DNA from: Eledone cirrhosa
Lineage: Eukaryota
DNA length: 64,000 bases
Direction of reading: 5' to 3'
Assembly: GCA_964016885.1 (NCBI GenBank)
Contig: OZ024751.1
Coordinates: forward strand, 28,024,001-28,088,000
Below are positions 47,885 through 61,673 of this stretch, piece by piece. A program made the position numbers and the translations under genes. The notes below the pieces were generated by a model. The model saw only the letters and a program-made list of their open reading frames with translations. It did not search any database and was not told where the DNA came from. The stretch's first letter is position 1; each line of letters opens with the position of its first letter.

Positions 47885-49359
47885 CCACGAAAGAGAGGAT
47901 AAGGAAAGAATGTTACAGAAGAGTACGTGCAGTTCTGAGATCAGAACTAAACGCTCGTAACAAGGTGCTAGCCATAAATTCCTTGGCAGTCCCAGTTGTC
48001 ACTTATAGCTTCGGTGTGTTGAACTGGAATATGAGTGAAATCAAAAGAATCGACACCAAAGTCCGTAAGCTACTGACCTGTAATAGGATGCACCACCCAA
48101 AAGCAGATGTGGATGGTCTTTACCTTCCTAGAACTCAAGGAGGCCGTGGCCTGATCCAATTTGAACTTCTTACAAGACCACCATCATTGGACTGGCCAAA
48201 TACCTTGAAACAACTAACGACTGTATGCTGAAACTTGTTGAAAAGCATGAGAGAAGTAAGAAGCTTCATTCTATCTTGAAGGAGAGCAAAAAATATGCTA
48301 CTGATCTCATGCTTGATACCCAGGCTGGACAGACTAAAGAAACTGTTGCAACTGATGCTGCTAGGCACATAAAATCACTGGCAAAAGCAAAAGGGCAAGG
48401 ACAATTAGCACCAAATTGGGAGCAGAAACCTCTGCATGGCAAATATGTGGCCCATAGCAAACAAGCTGATGTTGACCAAAAGCACACCCACAATGGCTAC
48501 GTAGTTCAGGGCTAAAGGCGGAGAGTGAAGGCTTCATCTTAGCTGCCCAAGATCAAAGCTTATTGACTCGTAATTACCAGGCCAATGTGATGAGAAACGG
48601 AATAAATCCAAAGTGCCGATTCTGCAATGCTGGGGTTGAAACAGTGGATCACTTAGTCTCTGGATGTAAAGTTTTATAGCACCAGTAGAATACAAATAAA
48701 GACATGACAGAGTTGGCCAATATCTACACTGGGTAATATGTCGGCATTACGAAATCAAAGCTGAAGACAAGTGGTACAATCATCACCCTGAGGCTGTAAC
48801 TGAAGGAGAAAAAGTAACAATTCTATGGGACTTTCCTGTACATACTGACAGGACCATAAAAGCAAATAGACCTGACATCATTATAAAAGATCAACATAAC
48901 AAGGTCTGTTTGTTGATAGCTATGAGCATCCCATGTGAACACAATATCGCGGCAAAAGAATTTGACAAGCTACGAAAATATAAAGATCTGCTTATTGAAA
49001 TTGAGAAAATGTGGCACCTCAAGGCCGTTACAATACCAGTGATTGTGGGAGGACCGGGAATGATCAAGAAAGGAACAGGACAATATTTGCGAATGATTCC
49101 TGGTTTACCCTCTCTGCACGAGGTGCAAAAAATTGTTTTGACTGGTACTGCACACGTATTGAGAAGAGCACTATCTCTGTAAGATTGATATCCCTCCTTG
49201 TATTTACATATGCATATGCACATGTGTATATATGTTTACTGTTTTTTTTTTTAAATTATAATCAATGTGCTGTATTAACTGGCTTACCAATGCACACTGT
49301 TATTTGCCCTAGGTGTCAGGAAGACACTCGGCATATATCTCAGAAACAATAATGAAAGA

Positions 49360-49362
<3 letters not shown>
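47885..49362 (+). mobile_element. R4/Dong-type non-LTR retrotransposon (RLE endonuclease), 3' part, frameshifted
   Basis: ELNARNKVLAINSLAVPVVTYSFG, zinc knuckle CRFC..ETVDHLVSGC, RHD, WDFPVHTDRTIKANRPDIIIKD, KYKDL. The 3' end runs into an (AAT)n tract at ~49362-49445. Confidence 0.9.
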
Positions 49363-49413
<51 letters not shown>

Positions 49414-51070
49414 TAATAATAATAATAATAATAATGATAATAATAACAAAGTCGTTGTTTTGTAGAATGTAACAAAATAGCCATTATCTTTCTCGGGAAG
49501 AGCGCCAAGGTAGCATAGGTTATAATTTCTCGTTGTATCAAAATTAATATCATTTGGACAGTCCACAATTAGAGAGAAATGACGAGAGGAGGAGTAGGAG
49601 GAATAGGGGGAGTAGGAGGGAGAAGGTAGAGGTGGGAGGATGGAGAGGAGAAAGTAGAGAAAGACGAGAGAGAGAAATAAAAAGAATAGGTCGAAATAAA
49701 ATAGGATAAAAATAGAAAAAAAAAGAAAAACGAGAATATAAAAAGGAAGAAAGCGAATACAAAAATGAGATAGAAAATAAAAGTAAAAAATAAAGATAAA
49801 AATGAAATAACATAACAGCCATAACATAAGCGGAGAAAATCCTCAAGAAAAATGGCCGCCCCAAAAAATAACGACAAAACGAACCAACAGCAAAACAACC
49901 CAAAAGCGCTTGAGGATATATAATATATATATATATATAAAGAGAGAGAGAGTAATGGAAAAGGAGAGGAGGAAGAGAGGGAGAGAGAGAAAAAGCGAGG
50001 AAGAAAGAGAGAGGAAGAGAGAGAGAGAGAGAGAGAGAGGAAGGAAGAGAGAAAGAGGTGAGAGGGTGATAGAGATAGACAGAGAGAGCGAGAGAGAGCG
50101 AGATAGATGGAGAGAGAGCGAAAGGTCCGAGCCTCAGGGCTTCTTTATATTTGCTGGTGACATTGAGCTAGGGTGATGATGTGATGATGTTAGGGTTATG
50201 GTTATGGTTAGGATTCGGCAAGCGTGATTTTTGTATTGATTGCAAAGGGGAAGAATTGATGGTTGTAGTACTTTTGCTGGTGATAGTTGTGGTTGTTATT
50301 GTTGTTGGTGTTATTGTTGTTGTTGTGTTGGTGGTGTTGTTTTGTGATAATGGTGTTACTAACATTTGGTGATGATAATGATGAATGTAAAAAAAAAAAA
50401 CATTGCCAATGTGCAACAAATAAATATATATAAAAAATAAAAAAATGGCGAAGAATAAATATAAAAAAACCCAAACAAAATAAAAAAGCAACTCACTCCC
50501 TCCAAAAAACCCAAACAAACATATCTTCTCCGTCAAAACAACGATCGAGCTAACTAACTACAAAATATGAGAAATTAATATTGGGTAAAAAGGTGGTGGT
50601 GTTGATTAGCTGCTGTTGTAGTTTATTGGTTCCATTTCCTGGCTATTGGAATGGTGGAGGAGCTTTATAAATATAGGGACGACAAGCTATTGTTTAACAT
50701 TAAGACACCTATCCTTAGCTGCCCACCCAGCACCGCATGAAGAGGTGGAGATATGAAGAGAAGGAAAGAAAGAAAGAGGGAACGCAAGTTTGTTATGTTA
50801 TTTTTTTTATTGCTGGAGGCAGGAGGATCGATAAATAGCAACGTAATAATAATAATAATGATTTCTTTATTGGCCACAAGGGCTGACATCAAGAAAAACA
50901 TTACAGACGGCACAGGACGGTACGATGTGGGTTTTGTGCGTGTAAAGATTTTTATTATTTATATAAGAAAAAAAAAAAAAGACATAGAAACATATACTCT
51001 TTTACTCTTTTACCTGTTTCAGCCACCCGGCTGAGGCCATGCTGGGGCACCGCCCTTGTTGCTACACATT

Positions 51071-51247
51071 TTATCTCCAGCCTGTATAGGTTGGCCACTG
51101 GTGTAAGAGGGAGTTTGTTGCTGCTGCCCTTAGGTTTCCCTCGTGTCTTGCTGTGGGCTCATCCGGGATCCTGGATAACAAGGTGTCGAGATGTTTCTTG
51201 AAGACATCCACCTCCACGTCATGCAAATCTCCCAGATCCCTCGGCAG

Positions 51248-51248
<1 letters not shown>
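51071..51248 (-). mobile_element. CR1-like LINE extreme 3' coding fragment
   Basis: LPRDL...FKKHLDTLLSRIPDEP...AATNSL resembles the ORF2 terminus of invertebrate CR1-group LINEs. Confidence 0.6.
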
Positions 51249-51309
<61 letters not shown>

Positions 51310-54100
51310 TATATATATAAACAATAAAAATGAAAATTGAAACAACGAAAAATTCCCCAATAGGGGGAAACCTTTCAGAGTTACTCGTGGCGAAAACCAC
51401 ACAAAAGACCACGGCCACCCTGACTACCCTGACAACCACGGCGGCCCTCTCTCAATTTTTCCATTTCTCAAACTACAGACGTATATTCAGAGCGGTCCCA
51501 TTCACTCGGACCATTCTCGCTACATTCACCCACCTTTCAACAAACTTGCTAGAAGGCACCACTTGCCTCTCCACCCTGATTTTCCTCTTCAAGTGACACA
51601 TGACTTGTGACGTCATCACATGTTGAAGTTGTCAAATTACACACACACATACACGCAAACATTCACGCACAGAAACATTCTTACCTACACCCATGCACAC
51701 ATACACACATATACACAAAAAAACATATACACACAAATACACACACACAAAAAGTCATGAACATATATACACATACACAGACACTCAAATACAAACACAT
51801 ACACAAGCACACGTAAAAACGTACACACACGCACATACACACACATTATATAGAAACACACACACATACAAACACATACACAAACGCACATACAAACACA
51901 TACATAAACACACACAAACACACACACATAAACATACATAATAGTGATAAGAGACAGAGATGCCGTATGAAAGGTGTTTTAAGTAACTGAACTCACCTGG
52001 AAAACTCTAGTCAGTTACCAAGACAACCAGGTGTTGTGCTACGTTAACTCATATAGCACCCCCACCCCACCCCAGTCCTACCTCCACCTTTTATCCTTCA
52101 CTGAACACACACCTCTCTCCCTCACTTTATATTTCTCTCACACTCACTCTCTCCCTTCTCCTTTCCTTCCTCTCATCCCCCTCTCCCTCCCCCTCTATCT
52201 CTCCTCATCCCCTATCTCACCTCTCTCCTTCTTTCCCTCTTTTTCCTCCTTCCTCGCTCCCCATCTCCTCTCTCAACCTCTCTCCTTCTTTCCCCCTCCT
52301 CTTTTCTCCGCTTTTCCCTTCCTCTCTCCCCTCTACCTCTCCCCTTCCTCATCATCTCTTCTCACTTTCCCTCTCTGCATTCTCTCCCTCCTTTCTCTCT
52401 CTTCCTCCTCTCATCTCCCTCTCCACACCTACCCTCTCTCCCTCTCCACACTCACCCTCTCTCCCTCTCCCTCAAAACTTTCTCTTCCCCCTCTCTCTTC
52501 CCCTATCATCTCCCTCTCCTCGCCTTCTCTCCAAACTCTCCCCTCTACTTCTCCCCCCTCCTCATCTCTCCTCACTTGCCACCTCTCCATCCTCTGCTTC
52601 CTTCCTCTCTCTCTCCTTCTCTCTTCCCCCTCTCATCTCCCTCTACTCACTCTCCCGCAATCCAACCTCTCTCCTATCCCTCCAATTTATTCCCCCCCTC
52701 CAACAATTCCACACACACCACTGACACACAACATGAATTTAATCCTTGCACTCCTTGTCGTCATCACCACCACCACCATCATCATCCTCTACACCACCAC
52801 TACCACCACCACCACTACCACCACCACCACCACTACCAGCACCACCACCACCATCACCACCACAACGACCACTACCACCACCACCAATACCACAACCACC
52901 ACTACCACCACCACAACGACCACTACCACCACCACCACCACCACTACCACAACCTCCACCACCACCACTAACACCAGTACCACCAGTACTACCACCACCA
53001 CCACTACCACTACCACCATTACCACCACCATTACCACCATTACCACCATTACCACCATTACCACCACCACTACCACCACCACTACCACCACAACCACCAC
53101 CACCACCACAACGACCACTACCACCACCACCACTACCACAGCCACCACTACCACCACCACTACCACCATCACTGCCACCACAATCACCACTACCACCACC
53201 ACCACCACCACCACCAGTACCACCACCTACCACTTCCACCACCAACACCACCACAACCACCACCACCACCACCACCACCACCACCACCACCACCACCACC
53301 AGTACCACCACCACCACTACCATCAGACACAGCCCCCCTCTATATGTGTGCTACACACTCCTTGTTTCCTATTAACACAGGTAATCCTTTCCTAACCCGA
53401 CTCCATTAAGGGAGTTACTACAACACCCACCCATACACACATCTACCACTTACCTTTCCCCCCTAGACACACTTGTTCCACGTCTTAACCATTACCATCA
53501 CCACCACTAACATCATCATCACCACCTTAACAACACCACCACCACCACCACCACTAACATCATCATCACCACCTTAACAATCACCACCACCATCACCACC
53601 ACCACTAACATCATCATCACCACCTTAACAACACCACCACCACCACCACCACTAACATCATCACCACCACAACACCAACACTACCAGCACCATTACCTCA
53701 ACCTCCAACACCATCATCACCATCATCACCACCACCACCACCATCAACAACAACAACAACACCATCACTATCATCATCACCTCCAACACCACCATAACCA
53801 CCACTTCCAACAGCAGCATCACCACCACCACAACCATCATCATACTAACACAACCAGCACTAACACAATTACCACCACCACTACCACCACCACCACCACC
53901 ACAACCACCACAACCATCATCACCATCACTACCACCACTACCACGACCACCACGACCACCACCACCACGACCACCACCACCACCACCACGACCACCACCA
54001 CCACCACTACCATCACCATACTAACACAACCACCACTAACACAATTACCACCACCACCACCACCACCACCACCACCACCACCACCACCACCACCACCACC

Positions 54101-54158
<58 letters not shown>

Positions 54159-54476
54159 TAGCACCCGTACTATCAAGGACACAGTTTCGTGGTGAGTGAA
54201 CAAGTGGGATGATGGTGGTGGGGTTGGTAGGGGTGTCGGTGCCGCTACAAAAGACTTTGGGGGCCGGCGTGGAGGGTAGGGGTGAGGTCACTCGTGACAC
54301 ATGCCTGACAATGGAGGACAGGTGAAAACAACGGGAAGGGGGGGAATTCTCACCTACTACTACTACTACTACTACTATTACTACTACTACTGCTGCTGCT
54401 GCTACTACTACTGCTGCTGCTACTACTGCTACCACTACCACTACCACTACCACTACCACTACCACTACTGCTACCA

Positions 54477-54549
<73 letters not shown>

Positions 54550-54807
54550 CGTTGTTCCATCTTCCTACCTTTTACAGACTTCTCACACCACAGGTAATAA
54601 ATTATACAATTATGTATGTATAGAGAATTATATATTATACAAGTACATATACACATGGTATATATGCATGAATGTGTGTATATATATATACACATTCATT
54701 CATGCAACCACATCTCCATAACCACCACCGAAACCCCACCTTCACCTCCACAACAACAAAAACCCATGAAGTTCAACAAGAACAATAAAACATCAACAAC
54801 AACAATG

Positions 54808-54875
<68 letters not shown>

Positions 54876-55098
54876 AACAAAAACAATGGCAACAACAACA
54901 ATAATAACAGCAACAATAACAACAACAATGAAAACAATAATAATACCAACAATAACAACAAAAAATAACAACAACAACAGCAACAACAACAATAACAACA
55001 ACAATAACAACAATAACAACAACAATGACAACAACAACAATAACAACAACAACAACAATAACAACAATAACAACAATAACAACAACAATAACAACAAT

Positions 55099-55137
<39 letters not shown>

Positions 55138-55717
55138 AACAACAACAACAACAAAAATAATAACAACAATAACAACGGCATTAACAATAACAACAACAAT
55201 AACAACAACAATAACAACAACAACAATAACAACAACAACATTAAGAAAGCTATCAATGAAATCTCCCCTTATATTACAGCACTTCTCCTATATATACCCC
55301 AGTATAATACAGTATTAACTACCCGTGTCTATTATATATACAACACAACTGTCACTGGCTCCAATACGCAAGCGGCCCGTCTAAGTCGTCTGGCGCCTTC
55401 TATATTATGTATATATAAAGCATCCTACTACAACCCCCTGTTCCTCACTCCTTCACATTGTCACCCCCACCCCCTACCACTGCCCTTATCCCTACCCTCC
55501 ATCTCACTCCTGTGACCCCCTACCCACGCCCTTAAGCTTGAAGTAACCTAATTCTTGTCTGACGTATCTGATCCGACAACCATCTGTTGAGGTTTCGGAG
55601 ACTGGATATATAGAACAAAGGGAGCCAGGTAACAGTTATATATGACCAACACTTAGGTGTGTGTATGATTTTACAGGTGTGTCTGTGTCTGTCTGTGTGT
55701 CTGTGTCTGTCTGTGTC

Positions 55718-55761
<44 letters not shown>

Positions 55762-56271
55762 TGTGTGTCTGTATTATGCGTGTGTGTTTGTGTGTCTATG
55801 GGGTGTATGTGTGCTGTGTGTCTTTTTTATTGTACTGTATTTGTGCGTGCATGTGGTGTGTGTATGTTGTGTATGTGTGTGTTGTATTGTATGTTGTGTA
55901 TGTGTGTGTGTGTGCATGTGGTGTGTGTATGTTGTGTATGTGGTGTGAGTATGTGTATGTCTGTGTGTCTATGTTGTGCGTGTGTGGTGTATGTGTTTGT
56001 GGTGTATGTGTGCTGTGTTTGTGCGTGCATGTGGTGTGTGTATATGTGTGTGTCTGTGTGTGTGAGTATGTGTGTGTTTGTGCGTGTTTGTGTGTCTATG
56101 TGGTGTATGTTGTTGTGGTGTATGTCCCGTCTGTTTTTATGTACTGTATTTGGCGTGCATGTAGTGTGTATGTGGCTGTATGTGTATGTGTATGTGGCTG
56201 TATATATGTGACTGTATGTGGCTGTATGTGTCTATGTTTGTGTGTGTTTCTGTGTGTATATATGTTGGTGA

Positions 56272-56386
56272 ATGCTCATGGCTGAGTGGTTAGACAATTG
56301 GATTCGCAATCGGGAGGTTTTGATTTCGATTCCCAGACCGGGTGATGCATTATGTTCTTGGGCAAGATACTTTATTTCACGTTGTT
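56272..56386 (+). mobile_element. SINE family 2, 5' part
   Basis: TGGCTGAGTGGTTAG...TTCGATTCC...TGTTCTTGGGCAAGATACTTTATTTCACG. Confidence 0.75.
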
Positions 56387-56475
56387 ATGTGTGTCTATCC
56401 CGGGTTTAATCGAGGGTAACGACAGTAGGTAAGGTACTCAATACATAGCAGAGTATAAATGTTTAATATGGAAAC

Positions 56476-56526
56476 GGCTTCTATAGGACTAGAACTGTTT
56501 CATTCGAAGGAAATCATCAGGAAAGT

Positions 56527-56528
<2 letters not shown>
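56476..56528 (-). ncRNA. Type I hammerhead motif, family A (stem III mismatch)
   Basis: uuuc CUGAUGA U UUC cuuc GAA U GAAA CAG uucuaguc CUA UA^ gaag. Confidence 0.6.
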
Positions 56529-56568
<40 letters not shown>

Positions 56569-56702
56569 AATGATACTATTTATAGTTATGTATATACTAT
56601 AAATAACTATAAACAGGAAAGGTCAGTAATTTCCTACTACCTTATGACCAGTAAGAGAAATAGCTCAATGTAAGAACATCAGGTGTTTTACAGAGAAGGA
56701 AC

Positions 56703-58843
56703 ATAAATTACACAATTATCAAAGTTATGTTCAAATCATTTACTAAAAACGTTAACTTCCTTGATGCTACCCTTTGCCGGGACTCTAAAATATATACACC
56801 CTTTCATAAACCAAACGAAAAACTAATTTATGTGAATACCAACTCTAACCACCCTAAATCCATATTAAACTCAATTACTAAAGGAATATCTAATAGAATC
56901 TCTAATCTATCATTTAACGAAACCACATTTAACAATAATTCCCAATACTATAATGAGGCCTTAGCTGAATCAGGACATAAAGATGGGATTGAATTCCTAC
57001 CTATAAAATCGCATAGTTACACCATTATTTCTCACAATATGGCCATGAGGAAAAATAATAAAAGTACTAGCCACTCTAACTCTAATACGAAGGGTAATAT
57101 CAAACTTAACTCGCACCAAAGTAAACACCACAATAATAATATAAACAGGAATACAAATACCTAAAAAAACATTACAAAAAACAAAAATAGAAGAACTAAT
57201 ACATTCTTCAATCCCCCTTTCAATCTAAACGTCTCTACCAACTTGCCTAAGGCTTTCTTCTCAATCCTGGAAAAAAACTTCCCATCCGGCCACACAATGG
57301 GAAGTAGTAGGTAGGGCCACATCGTATAAACCACCGAATAAATTGTGTAACCTCTGTCTTCTAGAGACTCGTACTATAATTTTTTCGAGACTAGACTTCC
57401 TAAATAGAAAATCAGAGGTGTTTTCCTCATGCCAGCACCACTACCGACACTCGTTCCATAACTTTAAACCTAGCTGCTAGTATATAACAATCTCAGATTT
57501 GAATTCCTCACCATCATTAACACTTCACCTCTAGGACTTATCAGCCCCCACAGCAACACACTCTTTGATCAACTTCTATTTATCTCAAACCTTATACTCT
57601 GCAATAACTATTAGAAATAAACATAAAATTACCACCTTATAATATAACTACTATAGATTACTTATATTATATACAGTAATGGATATATAATATGGAGAGA
57701 CATTTAATGTAATATGTAATAATAAATTATATATACATTTATAATTAAATATATAAATTAATAGCATTGTATATAATGGATTAACTTTTAACACAATATA
57801 ATGTATATTATTATACAAATGATTTAACTAATTGGACATGTAAACAGCTATACATTTTTCCATAACTTATATCTTGTCCAGAATTAGATAACAATCTAAT
57901 GAGACCTTTAATGTATTATAGGAAAATAGACTGTATTTAAAATTAAGTATAAATATATAACATTATGTAAAAGAGATTCACTCGTATCACAATATAATGT
58001 GTATTAGAGCAAAGAATTTAAATAATTGATACTTTCCTATATATTTTAATTTAATTTAATTAGTTAGTTACCTCCCCTTACTCATTAGCTCCCCTTAATC
58101 TTGGATCTCATACTCACTTCCGGAAATTAAACCGTTAGAAAAACTACCTGTTGAACAACTCTAATCGATGAATAAGAATACAATAAGATCAATTTACAAT
58201 CCATTGCTGTAACTAACTTAAAACATTCAATATAAACATTAACTAAAATATAATTTAACATATGTAATGGAAAAGACAACAATAACTTTGATTTTCTCAA
58301 CACACACAAATTTGAACACTATCATCACATTACATCCGCCATAAATTTCTAATACACTAACACATTTGCTTGGTATTTTATGTGATACCTTTGCCATACA
58401 GTATTTATTTATTTATTTATTTATTTATATATGCCTAATACCCTTGCTTGTTTCCTTCTCATATATATGACTAACGCAGGTGCACTTTCTATACGCTTGC
58501 ATATGTACTACTAGTGTCCTCATTCTTTCTCAATGCCCCTTTAATTATTAGACTAATCTCTTGTATTATCTGTCGCATGTATTCCACTCTGTGCTTTTAA
58601 TTTGAATTTGAATTTTTGTACAATTCTCGTATAATATATGTCGCATCCATTACACCCTGTAAATACGAAACTGTTGCTCACAACATCAATATATATGTAT
58701 CTATATGATTGTTCAGTTGAATAGGAGGTTAATTATATATACAAACATTGATAATGCTCCGATGACTCCAAACGAAAGTTTGGAAGAAACGATTGTCAGC
58801 AATTAAATGATTTGAACATAACTTTGATAATTGTGTAATTTAT
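56703..58843 (+). mobile_element. Penelope-like element, 5'-truncated and internally deleted, with inverted terminal copy and 3' hammerhead
   Basis: VNFLDATL...PFHKPNEKLIYVNTNSNHP (RT thumb), FFNPPFN, and C-terminal CNLC..E...LNRKSE...CQH at ~57340-57475. Perfect 40-bp inverted repeat 56703-56742 / 58804-58843. HHR at 58755-58801. Confidence 0.85.
58755..58801 (+). ncRNA. Hammerhead motif with CCGAUGA core, family E (3' end of the PLE)
   Basis: ugcu CCGAUGA c UCCAAAC gaaa GUUUGGA a GAAA cgauug UC^ agca. Confidence 0.65.
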
Positions 58844-59289
58844 ATATATAGAATGAAAAATGGCTTGCTGCGTTGTTGCGAATGTGATACATATGAATTA
58901 AAAAATAGAGCTAGAAGTCAGGACTATCCATCATCAGTGATCTTCTGGCCATCATAGGTATTTCTTCGCATTAAAGATCAGATAGCTCAGGCCAGCGAAC
59001 AATAACTAAAATAAGTTATTGGGATAAAAAGAATTGGGTGGAGAAAGAGAGACATGTAAACAAACAAGAATGGGGAGGCAATGTAAAGAGTGATATATAT
59101 ATATTGGTAAAAGGAAAAGAAAATGGTGACAAATTATTCCCGGTGAAAAATAGTTTAATTAGGAATAAGTAAAAATTAGTAATAAGTATTGGTTAGTATT
59201 CAGTTTTGGTTTTAAGTTTTACCGGTTGCGCATTTCTAATGCTTTTCAAAAATAATTTTGAGATAGAGCGCCCGTGATGTTTGCTCTAA

Positions 59290-59359
<70 letters not shown>

Positions 59360-59474
59360 GTATATACATTAAATTTTGCTCTGGTACTTACATAGAGCAC
59401 TCTTCACTACTATGAATTTTTTCAATTTTCAACGGAAACTTCAATACACACACATATATATATATATATATATA

Positions 59475-59668
59475 CGTAGGTCCCGGGTTGAGTCGGGGAT
59501 AACCACAGTAAGTAAGGTACTCAATACATGGCAGAGTAAACATTTTTTATTTTATAGAAGGAGCTTCTACAGGACTAGTACTGTTTCATTCAGATGAAAG
59601 CTTCCTGAAGATTTCATCTGAATGAAACAGTACTAGTCCTGTAGAAGCTCCTTCTATAAAATAAAAAA
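59475..59668. repeat. Inverted-arm element (family A)
   Basis: 57-bp perfect arms 59543-59599 / 59612-59668 plus a tail shared with ~56398-56460. Confidence 0.9.
59599..59649 (+). ncRNA. Type I hammerhead motif, family A
   Basis: agcuuc CUGAAGA U UUC aucu GAA U GAAA CAG uacuaguc CUG UA^ gaagcu. Confidence 0.75.
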
Positions 59669-59683
59669 ATAAAAAAAATAAAA

Positions 59684-59780
<97 letters not shown>

Positions 59781-60071
59781 AAACAAAACCCCACATTTTA
59801 AACAAAGGTTTAAACTGAAAATGTAATGCGTTACTATGATATTAGCAGACATTTAAACTGAAATAGTTTATCAAAAGCAAAATCCATAGAAACTAAGATA
59901 GCACGATCCTTCGTACAAAAACCATCCAATGAACATCAAACAAAGATCAATGTTGCAAAACAGACGACAGAATAGATCGAAGCATGTAGCAGAAGTAGCA
60001 GAAGATAAATGGATCTTAATTGGATTCAGACTTGACATTATAGAAATAATATTTTGTGTGTGAAGGATTAC

Positions 60072-60196
<125 letters not shown>

Positions 60197-60350
60197 GTAT
60201 GTATAATTACACACACACATACATATATATATATATAAATATATGCATATATGTATATATATATTTATGTATATACGAATATATATATTTGTAAATATAA
60301 ATATATGTGTGTGTGTACATATATATATACGTACATATATGTATATATGT

Positions 60351-60415
<65 letters not shown>

Positions 60416-60601
60416 AGTTATTGAGTAGTTAAGTAGTAAACAAGATATCAGTCGTAACTTCACAGGTGTATAGTTCAAATTCTAAACGGATATTAAAACA
60501 GGTTTTAATATCCGTTTTCAAATCGGTAACCTTCATTTTTAAGATAAGAATTTGATATAAATTAGCAGACTAATTTTCCGGAGTTCTGCTTAAAAGTTTA
60601 T

Positions 60602-60977
60602 CATTATTATTTTTATTGTTGTTATTCTTGGAGTCTCAGTCATTGATGTTATTTAACTGAAAAGTTTGTTTAAATGAATATCAAGCCATTACCTGCAGCC
60701 TCAGATATTGAGGACGTATCGGAGGGTTCTTGCTGTTCCCAGCAAGTATGTCTTTAGAAGTGTTCCAAAAAAGAGGGCTGGACTAATGTTCTTTAACCAT
60801 CCTTGAAAACTCTTTGAGATAGTTCCTAGTGCTCCCATGACAATCGGAACGACCTTGATCTCATGACAGTACCAAATCCTTTTTAATTCCCATTTTAAAT
60901 CCTGATATCTGTTAATTTTCTCCTTCTCCTTTTTTTGCACTCTTGTGTCAAAGGGACAGACTACATCTACAATCAAA
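60602..60977 (-). mobile_element. R4/Dong-type RLE C-terminal fragment plus 3' UTR
   Basis: LIVDVVCPFD...KEKINRYQDLKWELKRIW...VVPIVMGALGT...LLGTARTLRYVL*. TAA-type repeats on both sides. Confidence 0.85.
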
Positions 60978-61000
60978 TTATTATTATTATTATTGTTATT

Positions 61001-61377
61001 AGGGCGGTGGATTGGCAGTAGAGGGTCGGACGCCATGCTTTGACGCATAGAGTTACGGCCCTTTCCAATCTGAGTTCAAATCCCGCCGAGGTTAACTTTG
61101 CCTTTCATCCTTACGGGGTCGATAAAATAAAGTACCAGTAATACACTGGGTAATTTGCTGGCCTTGTGCCAAAAGTAGAAACAATTATTATTGAGGGCAG
61201 TGGATTGAGAGTATCGGTAGATGGTCGAACGCCATGCTTTGCAGCATAGAGTTACGGCCCTTTATGATCTGAGCTCAAATCGCGTCGAGGTTAACTTTGC
61301 CTTTCATCCTCACGGTGTCGATAAAATAAAGTACCAGTCACGCACTGGGGTCGATTTAATCGACTTTCCCCTCCCCT
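61001..61377 (+). mobile_element. Two head-to-tail SINE family 1 copies
   Basis: Copies at ~61001-61190 and ~61194-61377. Confidence 0.85.
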
Positions 61378-61673
61378 ATATTTATATATATATATATAAT
61401 GCATAAACATCGCACAGTCACGTGCACGAACAATGTATACAGTATACAGACGTTCACGCGAACGCCTGTAAATACACGCACACTCTCTCTCACTCTCTCT
61501 CTCTTTCCCTCTCTCTATTTCTCTCTTTCTCTCTCACACACACATAAACACCTGAAGTTCGTGAATAATTTAAACTCCGAACATTTGTTGTATAGGAGTC
61601 AGCGAATACGAAAAACCTGCAAAGTTGCGCATCAACTTCCTGCGTTACTAAGGTCGGGCGTTTCAGTACATGG

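Noticed and set aside
58905-58940. Minus-strand CTGATGA-T-GGA-TAG-TCC
   Set aside because: Followed by TGAC rather than GAAA, with no stem III.
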